Part shown: positions 31,918 to 39,588 of the stretch, in pieces
How the letters are laid out: each line of letters starts with the position of its first letter
Position numbering within the stretch: position 1 is the first letter of the stretch
Source of the DNA: Lysobacterales bacterium
GTDB taxonomy: Bacteria; Pseudomonadota; Gammaproteobacteria; Xanthomonadales; SZUA-38
DNA: 64,000 nucleotides
Direction: 5' to 3'
Assembly (NCBI GenBank): GCA_028285525.1
Contig: JANQOZ010000106.1
Location: 18,822-82,821, forward strand
Translations under genes and position numbers: made by a program
Notes under the pieces: model-generated
The model's input: only the letters and a program-made list of their open reading frames with translations
Databases searched by the model: none
What the model was told of the DNA's origin: nothing

Positions 31918-34900
31918 ATGACTCAAGAATCCCTCCTAGCCTGCGTGATGTCAGTTCGTCTTCAGGGGTCCGGGGGGGCGCCGAATGAGTTGGAGAGCCT
32001 CGAACGCGTGGTTGCTGGCCGCGGTGGGCGAGTCATCCAAATCGACAGCCAGAGCTTCTTCGGCATCTTGCGAAGCGCAAGTGTCACGATCCAGGTCAGC
32101 GTAGCGCTGGCCCGATTTGCGGCCCAGATGGATCAAACCCAAATCCAAATCGGCATCTGTGCCGGCTCTATCTTCCTGGCCGGTAAGCAGTGCACGGGTC
32201 AGGCCACTGTGGAGGCCTCGCTGCTCAGAGACGCTGCCTCACAGGAGACACCGATCTTGTTGTCGCGCGAGGTCCGCCGGTTTTTGCTCTCCGAAGAATC
32301 GGTTCCTGAACTAAGAAAGCAGGAAAGCGGCCACTATGCCGTGAACTGGAAGGAAACCGCGACAGAATTCAGCTTACCGTTGTTCCTGGTCCCTGGTGAT
32401 CAGCCCATGGTGGGTCGCACCGCAGAACTTCGAGCTCTCAAGCTTTGCGTTTCGCCGCCCCAGGACCAGCCCATGCTGGTCACCGTTGTCGGCGAAGCGG
32501 GGATTGGTAAAACTCGTCTTCTGTCGGAGTTTGCGTTGTTTGCAGCCAACCAGGGTGCCCGAGTATTAGGAGGGCAGGAACACGAAGGGCTTGGTCAACC
32601 GTACGCGAGTTTTCACGATTGTCTCTCACTTTGGCTAAACCAAGTCGACCATGTGGCCCTGCAGTCTCTCGCTTCGGTCGCGCAGCTTGAAAAGATTGTC
32701 CCGGAGATCTCGGAGAGGCTCTACGGCTTAAAAAGCACCGAGGTCGAAAGCGCAGAAACAGAGAAACAGCGTTTGTTTGATGCGTTGGTTGAGTGGCTAG
32801 GGCACCTGGCCGCCGCTCAGCCCACCGTACTGATCTTGGACTCGCTTCATTGGGCCAGCGACAGCACGCTAAAACTCATCGAAGGTGTCATTGCGAACCT
32901 TGATCAAGCGCCGGTCACCATCGTGCTGGCCTCCCGAGAGGAAGATCCGCGAATCAAGCCGCTCACATCACTCGCCGCCGATCAATGGGGCTTGTCCCAG
33001 GTTAAGGAGATTTCTCTGGGAACGCTCACTCGCGACGACATCCGCGTCTTTTATGGCAATACTCTGTCGGACGAGCTCGCTGACTTTATACATGTCACAA
33101 CTCAGGGACGGCCGCTGCATCTGGTCAACCTGATGGATTTTGTTTCCAAAGGAATCGATCTGCCAGAGTCTTTGGAAACAGCCCTGCAGGCGCGTTTCGA
33201 GGAGTTGCCGGCTGCTGCTACGTCCGTTCTGCAAGCGTGTGCGGTATGCGGCCCCCGCTTTACGGCCCGCGTGATCGCTGATGTAAACCGGGATCCTTTG
33301 GATGTGTTTGAGGCGCTGGATCGCGCGACTGAGCTCGGGCTGATCAAGCTGGTCGATTCCGTCAAGCTCAAGTATCAGTTCGCCCACTCTCTGATACGAG
33401 CACATCTCCTGAAGGGTGTCGGTGCAGCCAGACTGGCTCATTTACACGCGCGAGCCGCCGAGGCTTTTCAGCTGCCTCAGAATCGCGAGCTGGCTTCTCC
33501 TGCAGACTTGGCGAGGCTTTATGCCGGTGCTATCTCCCTGGGCTACGTTGCTGAGGCTGCAATGTGGGCAGCGCTGGCTGCCGACGCTGCGCTGAACCAA
33601 CATGCGAACGAAGAAGCGCGCGACATGTATGAGTCTGCCTTAGGTCTTCAGCCCGACCAAAACACCTCCGCGGCTTGCCGCCTCAAGTTGGGTTTAGGCA
33701 TCGCGCTCGCAAGAATCGGAGATACTCGCAGCGACGAAGTTCTGTGGCAAACGGCTGATTTGGCGGAATCGCTTGGCGATGGTGTATTGATGGCGCGCGC
33801 GATGCTGTCGACCTATCGCTTGACGTTCTCCCGCGGTCGAGACGTTGAATTGGAGGCCGTAGAACGCCTGAAAAGGGCTTTGGCCATGCTGCCGGCTGAA
33901 GAAACTGCCTTGGCTACAAGGGTAACGGCGCTGCTAGCCGTTGAGCTCACTTGGTTGGATGACCGCAATCAGGCGGTGGAGACCTCCCAAAGAGCGCTGG
34001 AACTGGCTCGATCAGAATCTTCCGAAATTCTCGCCGAAGTCCAGTCCCGTCGGCTCTGGGTGTTTTTCCACCCCATCGAGCAGCGTCTGAAAGAAAATGT
34101 AGATCTGCTGAAGCTTGTGGCCAAGGCCAAAGACCCGGTGCTTCAGTTTGAGGCTGCCGGCCATGGCGTGTTCACCGCGGTGCGGATCGGTCAACGCGCC
34201 ATGCTCGACCAGAACATGGAATCGATGCGCGCGTCCGCCCGGGTGGTCAACGATCCAAGCGTAAGGAGCATGTGGTATCTGCGCGAATCGGCCGTCGCAT
34301 TGCTTGAAGCACGCTACACCGACAGCTTGACTTACGCTCAACGGCGATTGGAGCTCACCAAACGGACTGGTCAACGTGAGGGAAAGAACGCTTTTCGTAT
34401 TCAAACCTTCTGGGTTGCCTACGAAACGGTCGATAAGGCCGATATGTTGTTTGCCTTGGAGAAGCTGCTGGCCATATTGCCTGGCAGTCCGCTAGAGGAA
34501 TACGCCATCGCTGCGCATGTTGCCGCAGATTGCCAGGAATCGGCGTTGGTCCAGCCGCTGCTTGAACGGTTTGCCAGCTTTGAGTTTGCTCACGACCAGA
34601 CCTTCCTGTGGTTGAACTGCCTGCTGGTGGAGCCGGCAATTGCTGTATGCGACCAGGGCCTGATTGATCGACTCACCTTCAACCTGTCTGATCACCACAG
34701 CGAACATGCCAACACGGTGTTTACTTACCTTGGGCCAGTTGCCCGTTACCTGGGTTTGCTGGAACAGCATCGCGGGAACAATAGCTCAGCGGAGACCTTG
34801 TTCCGTCAATCCGCCCGGTCGGCCCAGGACCTTAAGTCGAAATTTTGGGCCAGCAAGAGCAAACTCAATCTGGCGGCGGTATCCGAGAAAGACTGTGAGT

Positions 34901-34989
34901 CGCTAACGACTGAAGTGGCTGCTCAATCCTCGCAATATGGATGGAAACGATTGCTAAGCCAGTCTCACCAGTTGGCGGCGAAAGTCTAA
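31918..34989 (+). CDS. Degenerate cyclase-homology domain - AAA_16/STAND P-loop NTPase - TPR-like superhelix protein
   Basis: 1023 aa. The N-terminal ~140 aa follow the class III cyclase layout (…GGRVIQIDSQSFFGIL…QIGICAGSIFLAG…GQATVEASLLRDAASQETPILLS) but lack the first metal-binding Asp. Walker A is VVGEAGIGKTRLLSEF and Walker B is VLILDSLHWA. A long helical-repeat C-terminus follows. Confidence 0.8.
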   Translation: MTQESLLACVMSVRLQGSGGAPNELESLERVVAGRGGRVIQIDSQSFFGILRSASVTIQVSVALARFAAQMDQTQIQIGICAGSIFLAGKQCTGQATVEASLLRDAASQETPILLSREVRRFLLSEESVPELRKQESGHYAVNWKETATEFSLPLFLVPGDQPMVGRTAELRALKLCVSPPQDQPMLVTVVGEAGIGKTRLLSEFALFAANQGARVLGGQEHEGLGQPYASFHDCLSLWLNQVDHVALQSLASVAQLEKIVPEISERLYGLKSTEVESAETEKQRLFDALVEWLGHLAAAQPTVLILDSLHWASDSTLKLIEGVIANLDQAPVTIVLASREEDPRIKPLTSLAADQWGLSQVKEISLGTLTRDDIRVFYGNTLSDELADFIHVTTQGRPLHLVNLMDFVSKGIDLPESLETALQARFEELPAAATSVLQACAVCGPRFTARVIADVNRDPLDVFEALDRATELGLIKLVDSVKLKYQFAHSLIRAHLLKGVGAARLAHLHARAAEAFQLPQNRELASPADLARLYAGAISLGYVAEAAMWAALAADAALNQHANEEARDMYESALGLQPDQNTSAACRLKLGLGIALARIGDTRSDEVLWQTADLAESLGDGVLMARAMLSTYRLTFSRGRDVELEAVERLKRALAMLPAEETALATRVTALLAVELTWLDDRNQAVETSQRALELARSESSEILAEVQSRRLWVFFHPIEQRLKENVDLLKLVAKAKDPVLQFEAAGHGVFTAVRIGQRAMLDQNMESMRASARVVNDPSVRSMWYLRESAVALLEARYTDSLTYAQRRLELTKRTGQREGKNAFRIQTFWVAYETVDKADMLFALEKLLAILPGSPLEEYAIAAHVAADCQESALVQPLLERFASFEFAHDQTFLWLNCLLVEPAIAVCDQGLIDRLTFNLSDHHSEHANTVFTYLGPVARYLGLLEQHRGNNSSAETLFRQSARSAQDLKSKFWASKSKLNLAAVSEKDCESLTTEVAAQSSQYGWKRLLSQSHQLAAKV

Positions 34990-35753
34990 GCGAGTGTTCC
35001 TACCCCCTGCGGTAAATCATCGGGGCCAATAAGGTCGATCGCCTCTCCGCTAATTCGAAGCTCTCGTTCAGAAGCTGACTTGAATAACGAAGTCGCTCGC
35101 TGAATCGCTCCGCCCGAAGGGGTTGAGCCCCCCATCAGCACATCGCCGGCACAGATACTCCCTCGAACCGTCGGTCCGCAGAACTCGATGATCGACACCA
35201 TTTTGGCGACGCTATTGGTCACCACCATCATCGTGCTTCCGGCCCGGTGAATTTCCAAAGTACATCCGGGCGATGGGTCGAGCTCAACGAATGGTCCCTG
35301 CGTCGGATCAATTTCGAAAATGCCTACGAGTGCGCACAGAATCTGATCAGAAACGGATTGTTCGTTTCCAATCTCATTGTCTAATCCAGCGGGCATGGGT
35401 GCCTGGTCGATTGCCGGCGAAATTACCTCGATTTCGCCCATCAAGCAGTAGCCAACTTTATGAACCGTTTTGACAAACCTGGGCGGCTTGTCGTCCAGCG
35501 CGCGGCGGAGTTCCGAGATACACCGGGTCAGGGAATCTTCTGTAACGATAGATTTGCCCCAGACCGAGTCGAAAATTTGGTTACGCGTAACCACTTCTCC
35601 CGGCCTGTCTGCGAGGCACATGAGCACGGACATCACCCGGGGCTGAACATTGGTACAGCCTTGAGGTCCTTCAATTCGCCCTTCTAGCGGAAAGACTTGG
35701 TTATCACCCAGCCGAAACGCGGCTGATTCTGGAATGCCCACACCGTCGCCCAA
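34986..35753 (-). CDS. Winged-helix (OmpR/CadC-type trans_reg_C) DNA-binding protein with a C-terminal cyclase-homology-like domain
   Basis: The wHTH is VQPRVMSVLMCLADRPGEVVTRNQIFDSVWGKSIVTEDSLTRCISELRRALDD...VHKVGYCL. The C-terminal ~120 aa (…VRGSICAGDVLMGG…GGAIQRATSLFKSASERELRIS) resemble a degenerate cyclase core. The start is TTG 35753 or GTG 35741. Confidence 0.75.
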   Translation of the reverse strand: MGDGVGIPESAAFRLGDNQVFPLEGRIEGPQGCTNVQPRVMSVLMCLADRPGEVVTRNQIFDSVWGKSIVTEDSLTRCISELRRALDDKPPRFVKTVHKVGYCLMGEIEVISPAIDQAPMPAGLDNEIGNEQSVSDQILCALVGIFEIDPTQGPFVELDPSPGCTLEIHRAGSTMMVVTNSVAKMVSIIEFCGPTVRGSICAGDVLMGGSTPSGGAIQRATSLFKSASERELRISGEAIDLIGPDDLPQGVGTLA

Positions 35754-36145
35754 TCAGAAGGTCAAGTATCTGAGGCGCACAAGCACAGACATTCCGATCA
35801 TGATTTTCACGATCTGGCCCCTGTTCTTTGCATTCTTCTTTCGAAAGCCAACCCATGGCTTTTGCGTCATGGCTTGCTGGACATTTAACAAATGACGCGC
35901 TACCCAACGCGCCATCGCCACCCCTCAAAACAAGAGGTTTTACTTATCACGTCGGAAATTTTTCTTCAAGGCTGAGCCAGCTGAATCATGGGCATTCACT
36001 ATGTGCCATTGGATCTCTCAATCTCTCACCTGACGCATGGGCGCAGCCATTGCTCTTCGGCTCTTAGAAATTATTTGTCGATACAGGTGATAGGAAACCC
36101 GTTGGTATGCCACCTATTTGAACAAAACGAACAATCAGGAGCGGC

Positions 36146-36820
36146 ATGACTATGGCAATCGAAATCTCCCTGGCGGAATCCGCTGAGGAAATCTCAGCAG
36201 CTCGTAGATTCTGGTACGAGGTTTACGTTGTCGAGATGGAGCGTCATCAAAGCGACGAGCGGACCAGTCACGAGGCTCGCGAGTTGTCCGACCCGTTCGA
36301 TGAAATTGGTGCGCTTTTTGTGGCAAGAGACCATGGTCGAGTCGTTGGGACAGTGCTGGGTACCCAGGGCAGAGATACCCATTTTGGGTACTACGATTCG
36401 CTATATCAGCTTCATGAGCTGCCCCCGAACAAGCGCTTGAACGCTTCGCTAACGAACAAGCTGATCGTGGCGCCAGAAAAGCGTCGATCCACGCTCGCAC
36501 TGAAACTGGCGAGCGAGATTTATCGGCTTGGCCTGAGCGACGGTGTTACGCAGAACTACATTGACTGCAATGCCCATCTGGTTGGTTTTTTCAAACGCAT
36601 GGGCTTTCGACGTCACCGAGGGTGGGTCATCCACAAAGATTACGGGCTTGTCTACTCCCTCGTACTGCATCTGGAAGATATCGATCATCTGCGAACCAAG
36701 CGTTCGCCTTTGATCTCGCACTATGAATCTTTCCGAGCCACCACAACCCAACCCAACCCTCAACAAACCAACGGAGCCAACAACAGTGAATGCCCTCCCC
36801 GCTATCCAGCAGCAATTTGA
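36146..36820 (+). CDS. GNAT-superfamily N-acyltransferase with LuxI/FeeM-like (N-acyl amino acid / acyl-HSL synthase) fold
   Basis: 224 aa. AARRFWYEVYVVEMERHQ...ELSDPFDEIGALFVARDHGRVVGTV follows the R..VF..E.GW...E.D.FD....L.V pattern of autoinducer-synthase/FeeM families. The low-complexity C-terminal tail overlaps the next gene. Confidence 0.55.
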   Translation: MTMAIEISLAESAEEISAARRFWYEVYVVEMERHQSDERTSHEARELSDPFDEIGALFVARDHGRVVGTVLGTQGRDTHFGYYDSLYQLHELPPNKRLNASLTNKLIVAPEKRRSTLALKLASEIYRLGLSDGVTQNYIDCNAHLVGFFKRMGFRRHRGWVIHKDYGLVYSLVLHLEDIDHLRTKRSPLISHYESFRATTTQPNPQQTNGANNSECPPRYPAAI

Positions 36821-37529
36821 ATCCGCCCTGACGGAGTTTTCCAAGTGTCGCACCATTCAGCTGCTTCGCGGCGGCGACATCACGGTGGACGACTACAAAT
36901 GGGTGATGCGACAGATCTTTCATCACGCTCGGGAAAATCCGCAGATTCAGGCCCTCGCCACGGTGTACTTTCGCGGCGAGCAGCGCGAAGCGGTACGAGG
37001 TTTTCTGACGCACGCCGTTTCCGAGATTGGCCACGACAAGCTGGCGCTCAATGATCTGGCTCGTTTGGGGGAAGACGTGTCAAGCATCCCCACCGAGAAC
37101 GCCCTGCCGGCGACAACCGCATTGATCGGTTTCCCGTTCTATCAGATCTATAACCTCAACCCGGTCGGCTACCTCGGTTATCTGTATTTTCTAGAGTTCA
37201 CGCCCACCTCTGTCGGCGGTGCCTATATGGCGGCGCTGACCGCCAAAGGTGTGCCGGCCGAAGCTATGACCTTCCTAAAAGACCACGTCACGATCGATGT
37301 GGGGCACAACAAGTTGATGGAAGGCTATGTCGAAAAACTGGTGAATACCGAGGCGGACCTGGAAGCAGTGGGTTACGCCATGCAGGTTACTGCCCGGCTG
37401 TACGCCAACATGCTGGATGGGGCCATCGAGCAGGCGCGCAGCGGTGTGGACTTCGGGCGCAACCTCGAGGAAACCCATCGCTTTGTTGTTCCCCAAGGAG
37501 GGCGGGGAGCGTCGGAGGCAGTAGCCTGA
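36723..37529 (+). CDS. Haem-oxygenase-like iron-containing redox enzyme family protein (HDO-type di-iron oxidase candidate)
   Basis: 268 aa, all-helical. Metal-ligand-like ExxH (HAVSEIGHDK) and DxxH (VTIDVGHNK) are present, with RQIFHHARENP near the N-terminus. The ATG at 36723 overlaps the acyltransferase by 98 nt; GTG at 36786 is an alternative start. Confidence 0.65.
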   Translation: MNLSEPPQPNPTLNKPTEPTTVNALPAIQQQFESALTEFSKCRTIQLLRGGDITVDDYKWVMRQIFHHARENPQIQALATVYFRGEQREAVRGFLTHAVSEIGHDKLALNDLARLGEDVSSIPTENALPATTALIGFPFYQIYNLNPVGYLGYLYFLEFTPTSVGGAYMAALTAKGVPAEAMTFLKDHVTIDVGHNKLMEGYVEKLVNTEADLEAVGYAMQVTARLYANMLDGAIEQARSGVDFGRNLEETHRFVVPQGGRGASEAVA

Positions 37530-37567
37530 ACATCGGGGTCAGTCCTCAGGCTCTGCCTCTATCGCGG

Positions 37568-37599
37568 GGCGGCGCGACCCAGGGGTCGCGCCGCCTTTT
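37568..37599 (+). terminator. Rho-independent terminator after the acyltransferase/HDO pair
   Basis: ggcggcgcgacc (37568-37579), a 4-nt loop, then ggtcgcgccgcc (37584-37595), followed by tttt. Confidence 0.7.
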
Positions 37600-37708
37600 A
37601 ACGCTCACCATGTGCATTAGCTTGGTCAAAGCACTTATTCCTAAAGACCAAAATTCACCGCCGGTTCTCGAGACCGGTGGGTCACCCAATCACCCTTGAG
37701 GCAAGAAA

Positions 37709-39544
37709 ATGGCAAGAGATCGCGCGCAACAAACCTTTGATTTTCGTGTTGAGGCCGCCGAGAAAGCCCGTCAACGTCAGCACCCGGATCACGAAGCCAA
37801 CCCGGATGAGGTCCGCTATGGGTCGGCCAACTACCCGATGAGCTTCACGAAAGGTCTGGCGCACGATCCGACCACTGGGCTGGTAGCCGAAGCGGCTCAT
37901 TTTGAGGCGTTCCGCGCGGCCATCGACGACGGCTATATCGAGCCTTTCACCACCCGAGTACCGGTACCGCAGGATCCCAATTTTGGTCGAAGACTATGGG
38001 AGGCGCCAACGGCGGGCCTCGTCCATGAGTTGCAGGGTCCCGACCCTCAGGCTGTAACGATGCCGCCGGCACCTGCGCTGGGTTCTGAGGAATTGAACTA
38101 TGAGATGGCGGAGGTCTACGAACTTGCTCTGGTTCGCGATTTGCCGTTTGACCAGTGGAACGCTGTTGGCGGGCCAGGCAATCCGACCCTCACCGCCTCG
38201 ATCGATCGGCTCAACAACATGCCCTTCGCGTTGGATGGTTCCGATGGACGTCCGCGAACGCATGAAAACGGCGTGCTCACTTTCCAGAACGCATTCCGAG
38301 GCTCTTCCCACGGCGTAGACCATGGTCCCTATGTCTCACAGCTGATGTTGATCGGCACGATAGATGATCCTTGTGATGGATTGGTTGGCTACGGCGCACA
38401 GCAATTTGATCAACGGGTTCCGCAAGCCGCTGACGGTGACGACTACATGATCACCTGGGATGAATGGCTGGCGGTACAAAACGGTTTTGAGGTGCGTGGA
38501 TCATCCGATGAATGCACGCCCACCGGACCTGGTCAGAACTTCTGCGGAAATCATCGAAGGTTCATCTACACGCCGCGTGATCTCGCTACCTATGTCCATA
38601 TTGATGCGCTGTATCAGGCTTATCTCACGGGCTGCCTGATTCTCCTCAACAAGGGCACGCCGTTCGACCCGGCATTCGAAAGGTTGTCGGCCAGCACCTC
38701 AGGCGAAAAATCTGCCCCGGCATTTTTTGACGCCATCAGCGGGGCTCAAGCACCCGCCAACGCCGGTGGTTTTGCGCTCTTTGGTGGGCCTCATATCTTG
38801 AGCTTGGTGACAGAAGTTGCTACCCGAGCTCTGAAGGCCGTGCGCTACCAGAAGTTCAATGTCCACCTTCGGCTCCGTCCAGAAACGCTCTCCGGGCGGC
38901 TGGAACGAGCGGCGGAGATCGAGCAGGCGCATCCGGTGATTTGCGAAGCGTTTTCCAGCATGGCCAGCGCGCTGGCGCCAACCATCGACGCAATTCGGAA
39001 ACACAATGATGGAACCGGAGGAGCGCCAACCGCGCTGCTGCCCATGGCGTTTGCGGAAGGTTCGCCCATGCATCCGACTTACGGTGCGGGACACGCCACC
39101 GTCGCTGGAGCTTGCGTCACCATTCTTAAGGCATTTTTTGATACCTCTGCGATATTTGCGCGGGTCACCAAGGGTAAAGGCAAAAATCGCGACGTGCAGG
39201 CCGGGTTTTTTGGTGCCGGGCAAATTGCTCGGTTCCGGAACTGCGGGTACACCGTTTCGTTTGGTGCCTACCAAGCCGTAGACGGTGGCCAGAGGCTGGA
39301 TTTCGCCAAGACCGATTGTCCCCTGACGCTGGAAGGAGAGCTCAACAAGCTTGCGGCCAACATCTCGATTGGCCGCAACATGGCCGGCGTTCACTACTAT
39401 TCCGATTACTACGACAGCGTAAGAATGGGGGAGGAGATCGCGATCGGAATCCTGGAAGAGCAGGCGCTCGGCTACGTTAAGGACGATTTTGTTCTATCGC
39501 TGAACACGTTTGACGGAGACGCGGTGAGAATCGGCAGGCCGTGA
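37709..39544 (+). CDS. Vanadium-dependent haloperoxidase (bromoperoxidase-like, PAP2 superfamily)
   Basis: 611 aa. All three vanadate-site motifs are present: K-x7-RP (KFNVHLRLRP), PMHPTYGAGHATVAGACVTILKAFFD, and SIGRNMAGVHYYSDY (the histidine that ligates vanadate). Confidence 0.85.
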   Translation: MARDRAQQTFDFRVEAAEKARQRQHPDHEANPDEVRYGSANYPMSFTKGLAHDPTTGLVAEAAHFEAFRAAIDDGYIEPFTTRVPVPQDPNFGRRLWEAPTAGLVHELQGPDPQAVTMPPAPALGSEELNYEMAEVYELALVRDLPFDQWNAVGGPGNPTLTASIDRLNNMPFALDGSDGRPRTHENGVLTFQNAFRGSSHGVDHGPYVSQLMLIGTIDDPCDGLVGYGAQQFDQRVPQAADGDDYMITWDEWLAVQNGFEVRGSSDECTPTGPGQNFCGNHRRFIYTPRDLATYVHIDALYQAYLTGCLILLNKGTPFDPAFERLSASTSGEKSAPAFFDAISGAQAPANAGGFALFGGPHILSLVTEVATRALKAVRYQKFNVHLRLRPETLSGRLERAAEIEQAHPVICEAFSSMASALAPTIDAIRKHNDGTGGAPTALLPMAFAEGSPMHPTYGAGHATVAGACVTILKAFFDTSAIFARVTKGKGKNRDVQAGFFGAGQIARFRNCGYTVSFGAYQAVDGGQRLDFAKTDCPLTLEGELNKLAANISIGRNMAGVHYYSDYYDSVRMGEEIAIGILEEQALGYVKDDFVLSLNTFDGDAVRIGRP

Positions 39545-39588
39545 TTAGGTCGCCTTGATGGCTGTTGCTGGAGTCGAGCACGGACAAG

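Noticed and set aside
38699-39394. 231-aa minus-strand ORF antisense to the vanadium haloperoxidase gene
   Set aside because: It lies opposite the region encoding the conserved vanadate-binding motifs and has no features of its own.
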